A stretch of DNA of 32,000 nt from Vibrio vulnificus CMCP6 (GTDB lineage Bacteria; Pseudomonadota; Gammaproteobacteria; Enterobacterales; Vibrionaceae), in NCBI RefSeq assembly GCF_000039765.1, contig NC_004459.3:1110001-1142000 (forward strand), read 5' to 3'. Positions 8,862-18,643 of the stretch are shown here, piece after piece (within the stretch, counting starts at the first letter, position 1; the number at the start of each line of letters is the position of its first letter). The notes under the pieces were generated by a model. The model saw only the letters and a program-made list of their open reading frames with translations, was not told where the DNA came from and ran no database searches. The translations under genes were made by a program, and so were the position numbers.

Positions 8862-10043
8862 TCAGTGATTTTGTACCAGCGTCAGCGCTTTACGTGACAC
8901 TTCATGCGCGGCTTTGTTGAGGTTTTGCTTCTCAAGCGCATCGGCTAGGAAAGCGTAGTCGGAAACACTCGAACGTACTTTCAGTGCCGTTTCAAAGTGC
9001 GACTGTGCTTGTGGCCATTTGCCTTCACGGAAATACAACTGCGCCAGTGCGCTGTGCGCTTCGGCGTTGTGGTTGTCGTTTTTCACATTCTGTTCGAGCA
9101 TCACAATCACAGGATGCACATCGCTAAGGTTGAGTTGTGGCAGTAGTGCGTACAGCTCTGGCGATGGTGATTTTTTCAGTGCTTCTTTGATCACGGTGAG
9201 TGCTTCGTGGTCGGCTTTACGGGCAATCAACTGTTTGGCAAAGCAGGCCACCAAATGTGGATCTTGTTTGACTTTGCGTGGCAGTGTATTCCAGTGTTTG
9301 ATTAATCCTTCACTGCCTTGCTGCCCAGCAACGTCGGCCAGTAAACCGCACTGAGCTCGTTGGTGCATCTGTTCGGCGTCCTCTGGGGAGATCAACGCTT
9401 GCTTGTTGAGTGTTGGCAAGAGGTCAATCAGAGGCTGCCATAACTTGAGCTCTAGGTAAGTGGTTTTGAGCAAGTTCAGCACAATCGGATTATTAGGGTA
9501 GCGACCTTTGAGAGACTGCAAGCTATCAAACGCCAGCGCAAATTCGCCCTCTCGTACCAACTGCTTTGATCGGGTTAGCTCTACCGCCAAGTAGGCATTT
9601 TCTTGCTCGGCAGCCAATGCTAAGTAGTGATCGCGCTTGGCTTTGTCACCTTGGCCATCCGCTGCTTCTGAGGCCACTAAGTAACAAAGCAGAGGCATGT
9701 CATGATGGTTGGCCCAGCGTGTCACTTTCTTCTCTGCGCCTTTCCAGTCGCCTTCCAACAACTTGATGATGCCTTCGTTGGTGTAACGACGAGAGCGGCG
9801 CATTTTGCGTACGCTAAACCAGTTCCACGTGGTGAAACCGGTATAGAGTACTTTTTTAACTAGGTATTCTAAGCCAAACAAACCGGCCAAAGCCGCGACA
9901 ATGAAAATCACCAAGGTGGTGACGCTCATTTCAATCGTGGTGTTGGCGATCGAGATCAGCACATAACCCTGCTGGCCAGAAAACTGGGTACCGACAAACA
10001 GCCCGGCACCAAGCACGACAAAGAGGAAGATCAAACGAATCAT
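8862..10043 (-). CDS. hemY: HemY protein (TPR-containing inner-membrane protein of the hemCDXY operon)
   Basis: 393 aa with two N-terminal TM helices and then TPR-like repeats. It is the last gene of the hemC-D-X-Y order. ATGA start/stop overlap with hemX at 10040..10043. Confidence 0.85.
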   Translation of the reverse strand: MIRLIFLFVVLGAGLFVGTQFSGQQGYVLISIANTTIEMSVTTLVIFIVAALAGLFGLEYLVKKVLYTGFTTWNWFSVRKMRRSRRYTNEGIIKLLEGDWKGAEKKVTRWANHHDMPLLCYLVASEAADGQGDKAKRDHYLALAAEQENAYLAVELTRSKQLVREGEFALAFDSLQSLKGRYPNNPIVLNLLKTTYLELKLWQPLIDLLPTLNKQALISPEDAEQMHQRAQCGLLADVAGQQGSEGLIKHWNTLPRKVKQDPHLVACFAKQLIARKADHEALTVIKEALKKSPSPELYALLPQLNLSDVHPVIVMLEQNVKNDNHNAEAHSALAQLYFREGKWPQAQSHFETALKVRSSVSDYAFLADALEKQNLNKAAHEVSRKALTLVQNH

Positions 10044-11251
10044 TGCTGCGCCTCCGTGCTGGTCATGCTAGTGACTTCACGGCGTAGACGTTCACGAATT
10101 ACATCCGCCAATTGATTTTGCGTTTGCAGTTTTACAGGGTATTGCACCTGAATTTTTTGCTCGCTGAGCTGTTTCAACGACTGAGTAAACTCTTTCACCG
10201 TGTTGTTATCTTGGTTAAAGAACGCTTGCGACCACGCTTCTGCGGTGGTGAGTGAGGTGGTGTAAACCTCACCTTGTTCTTGATAGACCGCTTTGATGGC
10301 GGTTTCGATCTTCGCTTTGATGTTCTCTTTCAGATAGAAGTGCTGCTCTGGCGACAACAGTGGAATGACGTTGCCATCGCGAGTACGGAAGGTAATAAAG
10401 TTCTCTGAGAAGGCTTTGAGCGACGCCATTAAGTTGTTTTGCCAGTTGTTGATGTCGTCAGAGACTTGTTGTTTCTCGACGGTCTTCGCTTCTGGCAGAA
10501 TGGCATTTGCCAATGGCAATTGGTCGACTTGTTGTTGCAGTGCGGTCAAACGCAGTACTAAACCATCGCGGTCAATCAGTGGAATGGTTTTCAGATCGGT
10601 AATGTCTTTGGCCATCGCTTTGCGCAGAGGCACGAGGCTTGGATCGTTGAGTGCCGCGATGCGTTGGTCGGCACTTTCCATCAAGCTGGTGGCACTCACG
10701 ACGTCATGCTCAAGGAACAGTTTTCGGCCCGCCAGTTTGACGAGGTAGTCGGCTTCCGCCAATAACCAATCGTTCGGGCGACGGCCTTTTACGTCCGCCA
10801 TTGCAAGTTGCAAGCTTTCGATGCTTTTCTGCTGCTGAGCCAGCACCACTTCTGCTTTGTGAGTGACTTCGGTCGCTTTGGCGACGGTCTCTTGCTTCAC
10901 TTGGTTAAGCTCAGTGCTCATCGCGCTTTGCGTTTGTTGCAACTGATTTTGCAGCGCAGCGATTTGTGCCTGATATTGGCTGTTTTGCTGTTGAAGCTGG
11001 AACGCCACGCCGCCAGTGCCCAACAACGCAATGATGATGGCAAGGATACTGAGTTTTTGGCTCGGTTTTTTATCTTCTTTCTTTGCAGCGGCTGCTGGTG
11101 GCGGTGTTGTTGGTGTCACCGTTGGTTCATCGGCTGAAACGGACGCAGTCGATTCGGTGTTCGATGTTTCTGGCGTGGAGGCGTCAGAGGTTATTGGTTG
11201 AGAAGTTGTTTCTTCAGGCTTATTTGGCTCGTTATTTTTTTTACTTGTCAT
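10040..11251 (-). CDS. hemX: HemX family protein (membrane-anchored, coiled-coil)
   Basis: 403 aa. Acidic/Thr/Pro-rich N-terminus, a single TM (LSILAIIIALLGTGGVAF), a Q-rich coiled coil, then the HemX domain. Position between hemD and hemY. Confidence 0.85.
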   Translation of the reverse strand: MTSKKNNEPNKPEETTSQPITSDASTPETSNTESTASVSADEPTVTPTTPPPAAAAKKEDKKPSQKLSILAIIIALLGTGGVAFQLQQQNSQYQAQIAALQNQLQQTQSAMSTELNQVKQETVAKATEVTHKAEVVLAQQQKSIESLQLAMADVKGRRPNDWLLAEADYLVKLAGRKLFLEHDVVSATSLMESADQRIAALNDPSLVPLRKAMAKDITDLKTIPLIDRDGLVLRLTALQQQVDQLPLANAILPEAKTVEKQQVSDDINNWQNNLMASLKAFSENFITFRTRDGNVIPLLSPEQHFYLKENIKAKIETAIKAVYQEQGEVYTTSLTTAEAWSQAFFNQDNNTVKEFTQSLKQLSEQKIQVQYPVKLQTQNQLADVIRERLRREVTSMTSTEAQQ

Positions 11252-11265
11252 GAGTTTGTCCTGTG

Positions 11266-11997
11266 TTACTTAGGCTGGAGAGCAGCCAGTAAATCTTTGT
11301 TCGAGGCACTTCCTACATTGCAAACCTGAGTAAAGCCAAGTTGGGTCGCAATGGCAGCAATACGTTCGCTGGGAACCAGCAAGCGTTGTTGATATAACCA
11401 AAATTTACCCTCATCACTCATTTGAGCGTGGAGGTAGTCGAGTTGTTCTGCACTGGTGACAATCAGAGTGTCGACTCCCTGATCGCGCCATAAGGTGAGA
11501 GAGCTTACCGCATCAAAGGGGATCAATTCTCTCTGGTAGGTCTCACAATACCGGACGTCAGCCCCTCGTTGGCTCAATGCCTGATGTATCAGTTCTCGTC
11601 CGCCGTTACCGCGCAGAATCAATACGCGTTTTCCTGCTATCCGATTGAACACTGGGAGTTGTAGGAGGTGCTCGCTATCACTGACCGTCGGGTAGTTTAC
11701 GTCTTGGTGGGTAACTTTGCTCAAATAGTGTGCGGTTTTTTGACCAACGGCAAGGTAAAGCGCGTTTTGCGGCCAGTTTTGTTGCTGTGCTTTGAGGATG
11801 TGTTCGGCGCATTGCACCGCATGTTGACTCACTGCGATGATCACATCGCTTTGTTTCAGGTCGTTGGCGAGGGTGTTGAGTGAGCTATTCGCAACGATAT
11901 CAATAAGAGGGTGCTGGAGTGCAGGGACTCCAGCTTGTTGAAGCAGTTGGCAAAGCGCTTGGCCTTGCTCGGCTGGCCTTGTTACCAGTACCGCCAT
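11266..11997 (-). CDS. hemD: Uroporphyrinogen-III synthase
   Basis: Start trimmed to ATG 11997 (MAVLVTRPAEQGQALCQLL..), 1 nt after the hemC stop. HemD-like two-lobe pattern and operon position. Confidence 0.85.
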   Translation of the reverse strand: MAVLVTRPAEQGQALCQLLQQAGVPALQHPLIDIVANSSLNTLANDLKQSDVIIAVSQHAVQCAEHILKAQQQNWPQNALYLAVGQKTAHYLSKVTHQDVNYPTVSDSEHLLQLPVFNRIAGKRVLILRGNGGRELIHQALSQRGADVRYCETYQRELIPFDAVSSLTLWRDQGVDTLIVTSAEQLDYLHAQMSDEGKFWLYQQRLLVPSERIAAIATQLGFTQVCNVGSASNKDLLAALQPK

Positions 11998-11998
11998 G

Positions 11999-12937
11999 TT
12001 ATTCGTGGTCTTGGTACAACTTGGTGAGGATCTCTCTGGCACCCTCATCCAGCAGTTGATTGGCCAATTGCACGCCTAATTGTTCCGCCTGCGCGCGAGG
12101 GCCACGAATTTCACCACGGACGATTTCGCTGCCATCTGGCTCGCCCACCAACGCACGGAGCCAGATCTCATCGCCCTCAAGCAGCGCATAGCTACCGATT
12201 GGCACTTGGCAGCCGCCTTCTAAGGTGAGGTTCATGGCGCGTTCGCATTTGACGCGATCGGCCGTATCGGCGTGGTTCAACGGTTCGAGAAGTTTGAGAA
12301 TACGCTCATCGTTAGTACGACATTCAATGCCCACGGCACCTTGGCCGACGGCTGGGAGCGATTGTTCTGGCTCAATAAAGCTGCGGATGCGCTCTTCCAG
12401 CTCAAGACGTTTCAAGCCAGCGGCCGCGAGAATGATCGCGTCGTATTCACCTGCATCGAGTTTGCTTAAACGAGTGCCGACGTTGCCGCGCAGTTCTTTG
12501 ATCACCAAATCTGGGCGATAGGCTTTCAATTGACATTGACGACGCAAGCTACAAGTGCCGACAACCGCGCCTTGAGGCAGTTCATCAACATGATGGTAGG
12601 TGTTTGAGACAAAGGCATCGCGAGGATCTTCACGCTCACAAATCGTCACCAAACCTAAACCTTCTGGGAAATCCACTGGCACGTCTTTCATCGAGTGAAC
12701 GGCGAGGTCTGCACGCCCTTCCAGCATTGCCACTTCGAGCTCTTTGACAAAAAGGCCTTTGCCACCCACTTTGGCAAGAGGGGTATCAAGAATCACGTCA
12801 CCTTTGGTCACCATGGTCACCAGCTCGACTTCCAAGCCCGGATGGGCTTTTTGTAGCGCGTCTTTTACGTAGTAGGCTTGCCATAGAGCGAGGGGGCTTT
12901 TGCGTGTTGCGATTCGGATTGGCGTTGAGTGTGTCAT
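11999..12937 (-). CDS. hemC: Hydroxymethylbilane synthase (porphobilinogen deaminase)
   Basis: 312 aa. [40 protein letters not shown] and AVHSMKDVP are classic HemC motifs. Confidence 0.95.
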   Translation of the reverse strand: MTHSTPIRIATRKSPLALWQAYYVKDALQKAHPGLEVELVTMVTKGDVILDTPLAKVGGKGLFVKELEVAMLEGRADLAVHSMKDVPVDFPEGLGLVTICEREDPRDAFVSNTYHHVDELPQGAVVGTCSLRRQCQLKAYRPDLVIKELRGNVGTRLSKLDAGEYDAIILAAAGLKRLELEERIRSFIEPEQSLPAVGQGAVGIECRTNDERILKLLEPLNHADTADRVKCERAMNLTLEGGCQVPIGSYALLEGDEIWLRALVGEPDGSEIVRGEIRGPRAQAEQLGVQLANQLLDEGAREILTKLYQDHE

Positions 12938-13058
12938 TGTCTTCCCAATATCTTGAACGTTCTGATTTGGGCTAATCCTACCACTCTCACTGCTAAAGTC
13001 TTACTGTTAGTTGGTGGAACTGATGCTAGGGTTAACGAAATGGTACGTGAGACTGAAA

Positions 13059-13080
13059 TAGTGTGATTGGATTCTCATTT
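13059..13080. promoter_or_regulatory. Candidate cAMP-CRP binding site in the hemC/cyaA divergent region
   Basis: tagTGTGAttggatTCTCAttt against consensus aaaTGTGAtctagaTCACAttt. Half-sites match 5/5 and 4/5 with correct 6-bp spacing. Confidence 0.5.
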
Positions 13081-13216
13081 GGCGGATGGACTATTATTAG
13101 TTATAAAGATTACAAGCGACACTTAGCCGCCGAGTTTGAGGCCGTGTTCTGCCTACCACCAATGCGATTTGTTGTGGTGAAGAATGCAGCGCATTTGTCT
13201 TTACCAATACGGATGG

Positions 13217-13238
13217 AAGTGTTAAATTGATCACGTTT
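13217..13238. promoter_or_regulatory. Second, weaker CRP-like site upstream of cyaA
   Basis: aagTGTTAaattgaTCACGttt. Half-sites match 4/5 and 4/5 with 6-bp spacing. Centred about 73 bp upstream of the cyaA start codon. Confidence 0.4.
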
Positions 13239-13300
13239 TTTAGCCAGGATGGCTCAAAACTTATGCAGACGTGTCTCAATATTGAAACCAAGGATATCCC

Positions 13301-15835
13301 TTGCAGGCTTATACCGAAAAATTAATCCAGCGATTAGATACCCTCAACCGGCAACGCATCGAGCGTGCGCTGGCGCTTATGGATTTGCAAAGTCAGCAAG
13401 TATTTCACCTCATCCCGGTTTTACTGCACTTTAATCACCCCGCTATTCCCGGCTATTTTGACGCTGATGTTCCCTTTGGGGTGCATGGGCTTAAGCTCAA
13501 CGATATTCAACAGCAGTTTGTTGATGACACGGAGTTAACCCTAGGTCAGTCCTTACCTCGCGCGCCGCATGCGCAAATTCTTGGTCTCTATACCATGGGC
13601 AGTACCTCGTCCATTGGCCAAAGCACCTCCAGTGATCTCGATATTTGGGTCTGCATTCCTACACAAATGGGCCATGACGAAAGAGAGAGCCTCGCCAATA
13701 AATGCTTACTGATCACCGATTGGGCGCAGATGCATGGCGTAGAAGCCAACTTTTTCTTGATGGATGAAGATCGTTTCCGCAGCAACCGCTCGGAAGAGAT
13801 GACGGGTGACAACTGTGGTTCGTCACAGCATATGTTGCTGTTGGATGAGTTTTATCGTTCAGCGGTACGTCTTGCTGGGCAGCGTTTGTTGTGGCAAATC
13901 GTGCCGCCTGAGATGGAAGAGTGCTACGAACAATACGTGGCAGAGCTGTGCAATGGTGGCCACATCAATTGCAATGAGTGGATCGATTTTGGTCAACTGA
14001 GCCGCATTCCTGCTGAAGAGTACTTTGGTTCGAACTTGTGGCAGCTCTACAAAAGTATCGACTCGCCATACAAGTCGGTCTTGAAGGCAATTTTGCTTGA
14101 AGCGTATTCGTGGGAATACCCACACACGCAACTGCTGAGTATCGACAGTAAGCGTCGTTTCTTTGCTCATGAGCCAGATCTCTATGGGATGGATGCGTAC
14201 TATCTGATGCTGGAGAAAGTCACTCGCTATCTCGAACGCATTAATGACCACACACGTTTGGATCTGGTGCGTCGCTGCTTCTACCTCAAAACCCATGAAA
14301 AACTCTCGCGTGAACCGGGTGTCGGTTCCGTGGCGTGGCGCCGTGAAGCGTTGCACGAGTTGACCAGCCAATGGCAATGGTCGCAGGAAGTGATTGTCGA
14401 GTTAGACAACCGACGTAACTGGAAAGTGGAACAGGTCAAAGTGGTGCATCATGCCTTGCTTGATGCCTTGATGCAGAGTTACCGTAACTTGATTCAGTTT
14501 GCGCGTCGCAACGATATTACCTCGGCGATTAGTCCTCAGGACATCAGTATTCTTGCGCGTAAGCTCTATGCGGCGTTTGAAGTGTTGCCGGGTAAGGTGA
14601 CGCTGCTCAACCCACAAATTTCTCCAGATTTGCACGAACCCGATTTGAGTTTTATTGAAGTGCGCGAAGGGCGCATCAATAAGTCCGGCTGGTATCTGTA
14701 TAAGCAACCGCTGATTGCGCACCGTATTTTAGGTCAACCTTACCTTGAGCATCATGAATACTTAAGTAAGTTGGTGGCGTGGGCCTTCTTCAACGGTTTG
14801 ATCACTGAGTCCACCCGTTTGCACGCGGTGGTGCGAGAAGCACAGCTCGACATCGATAAGTTCTATCAGATGGTGAGTGATTTACGTAATACCTTCTCGC
14901 TGCGTAAACGCCGTCCGACCATGCAAGCGTTAGCCAGCCCATGTGAAATCAGCCAATTGGCGATGTTCATCAACTTTGAAAACGATCCAACCGCAGAGCT
15001 GTCTGGACGCTCACTAAAAGTCGATCTCAAGAACGCTGACATTTTCAGTTTTGGTACGGAACAGAAATGTTTGATTGGCAGTGTTGACCTGGTTTATCGC
15101 AATTCTTGGCATGAAGTGCGGACTCTGCATTTCCGTGGCGAAACCGCGATGTTGGATGCACTGAAAACCGTGTTGGGCAAAATGCACCAAGACGCGATTC
15201 CGCCAGAGTCGGTGGATGTGTTCTGCTACAGCAAAAACTTACGCGGTGTGATGCGCAATATGGTGTATCAACTGTTAGCTGAGTGCATTGATTTGCGCCT
15301 TAAGCCGGTGGAGCAAGAAAAGCGTCGCCGTTTTAAAGCGATTCGCTTGGCGGCCCAAACCTTCGGTTTGTTCTTTGAACGTCGCGGCGTGTCGGTGCAG
15401 AAGTTAGAAAACTCGGTCGATTTTTACCGCAGCATCTCCACCAATAAACTCAAGGGCTCACCTCTGTTGATGCTGGATCGTGAAGACGACTATCATCTGC
15501 CGCCCGTGGTGGATGGTTTTGCCAGCGAAGGCTTGATTCAGTTTTTCTTTGAAGACACGGAGAAAGGCTTCAACATTTATGTGTTGGACGAAGCCAACCA
15601 AGTGGAAGTGTATCACCAGTTTAGCGGCTCTAAAGATGAGATGATCGCCAGCGTGAACAGCTTCTACACCGCGGTGAAAGACGACAAGCATGTTGCCTCG
15701 AAATGCATTAACTTCAACTTGCCTCAGTATTACCAAATCATTCATCCGCAAGAGGAAGGGCAGGAGTCGTACATTATTCCTTATCGTAACGATGCCTGTA
15801 CTCAAACGAAGATGTCCAAAGCGGTCAACGTATAG
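13301..15835 (+). CDS. cyaA: Class I adenylate cyclase
   Basis: 844 aa. TTG start with AAGGA 6 nt upstream. The N-terminus LQAYTEKLIQRLDTLNRQRIERALALM...LIPVLLHFNHPAIPGY parallels E. coli CyaA (..LKQRLDAINQLRVDRALAAM...LLPTLLHYHHPLMPGY). E. coli cyaA also starts at TTG. Confidence 0.95.
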   Translation: MQAYTEKLIQRLDTLNRQRIERALALMDLQSQQVFHLIPVLLHFNHPAIPGYFDADVPFGVHGLKLNDIQQQFVDDTELTLGQSLPRAPHAQILGLYTMGSTSSIGQSTSSDLDIWVCIPTQMGHDERESLANKCLLITDWAQMHGVEANFFLMDEDRFRSNRSEEMTGDNCGSSQHMLLLDEFYRSAVRLAGQRLLWQIVPPEMEECYEQYVAELCNGGHINCNEWIDFGQLSRIPAEEYFGSNLWQLYKSIDSPYKSVLKAILLEAYSWEYPHTQLLSIDSKRRFFAHEPDLYGMDAYYLMLEKVTRYLERINDHTRLDLVRRCFYLKTHEKLSREPGVGSVAWRREALHELTSQWQWSQEVIVELDNRRNWKVEQVKVVHHALLDALMQSYRNLIQFARRNDITSAISPQDISILARKLYAAFEVLPGKVTLLNPQISPDLHEPDLSFIEVREGRINKSGWYLYKQPLIAHRILGQPYLEHHEYLSKLVAWAFFNGLITESTRLHAVVREAQLDIDKFYQMVSDLRNTFSLRKRRPTMQALASPCEISQLAMFINFENDPTAELSGRSLKVDLKNADIFSFGTEQKCLIGSVDLVYRNSWHEVRTLHFRGETAMLDALKTVLGKMHQDAIPPESVDVFCYSKNLRGVMRNMVYQLLAECIDLRLKPVEQEKRRRFKAIRLAAQTFGLFFERRGVSVQKLENSVDFYRSISTNKLKGSPLLMLDREDDYHLPPVVDGFASEGLIQFFFEDTEKGFNIYVLDEANQVEVYHQFSGSKDEMIASVNSFYTAVKDDKHVASKCINFNLPQYYQIIHPQEEGQESYIIPYRNDACTQTKMSKAVNV

Positions 15836-15886
15836 TTACCTAGCCGCTTAATGGCTTAACGATAGCTACGCGTTTTAGTCTACTCG

Positions 15887-15922
15887 AAACACAAAGAGCA
15901 CCGAAAGGTGCTCTTTGTGTTT
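15887..15922. terminator. Bidirectional terminator between cyaA (+) and cyaY (-)
   Basis: Perfect 16-bp stem AAACACAAAGAGCACC / GGTGCTCTTTGTGTTT with GAAA loop. Confidence 0.85.
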
Positions 15923-15951
15923 GTGCGTTGCTGGTGTGAGACGACGTTGGT

Positions 15952-16266
15952 TTAAGCCCAATCGATCGATTCACCCGCGTGCTTTTCACACTCTTGTTTG
16001 ACCATGTGTGCAAACTCAACGCCAGTCTTGGAGCAAATCCACTGACCCGCTTTGTATTGGAAGTGGAAACCGCCGGATTTCGAGGCTAACCAAATTTCTT
16101 GCATCGGCTCTTGGCGATTGATGATGATTTGGCTGCGGTCATCAAATTCTAACGTCATCACGTTGCCCGTGGTTTCGTAATCGATGTCTGCGCCTGATTC
16201 ATCAATCGCTTCTTCAATGAGTTGTAGCTCGTTATCCACTAGTTGATGAAATTCAGTATTGTTCAT
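15952..16266 (-). CDS. cyaY: Iron-sulfur cluster assembly protein CyaY (frataxin homologue)
   Basis: 104 aa. MNNTEFHQLVDNELQLIEEAID...QEIWLASKSGGFHFQY matches the CyaY/frataxin pattern, and the gene sits next to cyaA. Confidence 0.9.
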   Translation of the reverse strand: MNNTEFHQLVDNELQLIEEAIDESGADIDYETTGNVMTLEFDDRSQIIINRQEPMQEIWLASKSGGFHFQYKAGQWICSKTGVEFAHMVKQECEKHAGESIDWA

Positions 16267-16341
16267 CCTATCTATCCTATTGCTTTTCCTGAGTGTGGTG
16301 CGATTATAGGGGGCATTGAATCAATAATCACGATATGCAAA

Positions 16342-16458
16342 ATGAAAAAAATACTTACTGTGCTGTTAACCTTGTCGGTAGCGCTATTGGCCGGATGTGG
16401 TCAATCGGGCGCTTTGTACATTCCAGATGACGCTCAACAATCTGAGCAATCACAGTAG
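16342..16458 (+). CDS. lptM: Small lipoprotein LptM (YifL family)
   Basis: Start trimmed to ATG 16342. 38 aa: MKKILTVLLTLSVALLAGCGQSGALYIPDD.. with lipobox LLAGC followed by GALY.P. Occupies the same position as yifL between cyaY and dapF in E. coli. Confidence 0.75.
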   Translation: MKKILTVLLTLSVALLAGCGQSGALYIPDDAQQSEQSQ

Positions 16459-16506
16459 GCATCGCAACTGATTTAGCAGTCGACCATATTATAAGGGAAG
16501 TGAATT

Positions 16507-17760
16507 TTGGATTATTTCAATTATCAGGACGATGGTCAGCTCTGGGCGGAAGAGGTTTCCTTAACCAGTCTGGCTGAGCAGTACGGCACACCTCTGTATG
16601 TTTATTCGCGTGCGACGCTAGAGCGTCACTGGCATGCGTTTGACCGCTCGGTAGAAGGGCATCCTCACCTGGTTTGTTATGCGGTGAAAGCCAACTCGAA
16701 CCTGGGGGTACTGAACACCTTGGCGCGATTAGGCTCTGGTTTTGACATCGTATCCGGTGGTGAATTGGAGCGGGTGTTGGCCGCTGGCGGCGACCCACGT
16801 AAAGTGGTGTTCTCTGGTGTGGGCAAAACCGAAGCGGAAATGCGCCGTGCGCTTGAACTCAACATCAAGTGTTTTAACGTCGAATCGGAACCTGAACTTG
16901 AGCGTTTGAACCGCGTTGCGGGAGAGTTGGGTGTGAAAGCGCCAATCTCACTGCGCATTAACCCGGATGTGGATGCTCAAACCCACCCTTATATTTCAAC
17001 GGGTCTGCGCGACAATAAATTTGGTATCGCCTTTGACCGCGCGCCAGCGGTATACCAATTTGCCCAGAGCCTAGCAAACCTTAACGTCCAAGGTATCGAC
17101 TGCCATATCGGCTCGCAGCTTACCGCAATTGAACCGTTTATCGATGCGACCGATCGCTTGCTTGCTTTGATTGATGATTTGAAAGAGCAAGGCATCAACA
17201 TTCGCCACCTTGATGTGGGTGGTGGTCTTGGCGTGGTGTATCGTAACGAATTGCCTCCGCAGCCATCTGAATACGCCAAAGCGCTATTGGGCCGTTTAGA
17301 AAATCACCAAGATTTGGAACTGATTTTTGAACCAGGACGCGCGATCGCTGCGAACGCGGGCGTATTGCTGACCAAAGTAGAATTCCTCAAGCACACAGAA
17401 CACAAAAATTTCGCCATCATTGATGCAGCGATGAACGATTTGATGCGCCCTGCGCTGTACCAAGCGTGGCAAGACATTGTGCCCGTTCAGCCTCGCCAAG
17501 GCGAAGCGGTGACTTATGATCTCGTGGGGCCAATTTGTGAAACGGGAGACTTCCTCGGTAAAGACCGTTCACTGGTGTTGGCAGAGAACGATTTGCTAGC
17601 GGTTCGCAGTGCGGGCGCTTATGGCTTTGTCATGTCGTCCAACTACAACACTCGTGTGCGTGCGGCGGAAGTGATGGTGGATGGCAAACAGCATTATCTG
17701 GTACGCCAGCGCGAAGAATTGCGTAGCTTGTGGGAACTAGAACACATTCTTCCGGAGTAA
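16507..17760 (+). CDS. lysA: Diaminopimelate decarboxylase
   Basis: 417 aa. TTG start is forced, because an in-frame TGA lies at 16501..16503. AAGGGA sits 8 nt upstream. PLP-site pattern present: [30 protein letters not shown]. Confidence 0.95.
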
Positions 17761-17770
17761 CGAGCTTTTT

Positions 17771-18601
17771 ATGCATTTCCATTTTTCTAAAATGCACGGT
17801 TTGGGTAACGACTTTATGGTGGTCGACTGCATTACTCAAAACGTTTACTTCTCTCAAGAGCTGATCCGCCGTTTGGCGGATCGCCATACTGGCGTTGGCT
17901 TTGACCAATTGCTGGTGGTGGAAGCACCTTACGATCCTGAGACGGATTTCCACTATCGTATTTTCAATGCCGATGGCAGTGAAGTGGAACAGTGTGGCAA
18001 TGGCGCGCGCTGTTTCGCTCGTTTTGTTCGGATGAAAGGGCTGACCAATAAATACAGCATCAGTGTCAGCACCAAGAAAGGCAAAATGATTCTTGATGTG
18101 GAAGAGGACGATCAAATTACCGTCAACATGGGTGTGCCGGAGTTTGAACCGAACAAAATCCCTTTTCGCGCCAAGCAAAAAGAGAAAACCTACATCATGC
18201 GTGTTGGCGAAAAAACGCTGTTTTGTGGTGCGGTGAGCATGGGCAACCCACATGTTGTGACTGTGGTGGATGACGTCGATAGCGCAGAAGTGGAGACGTT
18301 AGGACCATTGCTTGAATCGCATGAGCGTTTCCCAGAGCGCGTCAATGCCGGATTTATGCAAGTGGTCAACCGTGAACAGATCCGTCTGCGCGTGTATGAG
18401 CGTGGTGCGGGTGAAACGCAGGCTTGTGGCAGCGGTGCGTGTGGCGCGGTGGCGGTCGGCATCTTACAAGGCTTGTTGGATGAAAATGTCACCGTGAGTT
18501 TGCCCGGTGGCGATTTGCACATTCATTGGCAAGGTCCGGGTAAGCCACTTTACATGACTGGCCCTGCCACTCATGTGTTTGATGGCCAGCTCTCTTGTTA
18601 A
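17771..18601 (+). CDS. dapF: Diaminopimelate epimerase
   Basis: 276 aa. [19 protein letters not shown], catalytic-Cys contexts EQCGNGARC and QACGSGACG. Confidence 0.95.
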
Positions 18602-18643
18602 GCGCTATCCGCTCGTTGAGTTTGTATCGTTAGAGGAAACGTT

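Noticed and set aside
11050-11251. Low-complexity Thr/Ser/Pro/Glu-rich coding stretch at the hemX 5' end, considered as a possible tandem repeat or contingency locus
   Set aside because: The bias is compositional only, with no exact nucleotide repeat unit. This kind of disordered acidic N-terminus is usual for HemX proteins.
13097-13291. 64-aa minus-strand ORF and 61-aa plus-strand ORF (13249..13434) in the hemC/cyaA intergenic region
   Set aside because: Neither has an RBS or a recognisable motif. The plus-strand ORF overlaps the cyaA start out of frame. The region is better explained as a long regulatory leader with CRP-like sites.
17630-18253. 207-aa ORF antisense to the lysA end and dapF start. 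The same applies to other long antisense ORFs: 289..786, 1804..2271, 13859..14377, 15458..15805, 20130..20606, 29515..29952, 30579..30968 and 30994..31362.
   Set aside because: Each lies entirely opposite a strongly recognisable gene. Their translations are low-complexity or Arg/His/Cys-rich with no motifs, and none has a convincing RBS. These are typical shadow ORFs.
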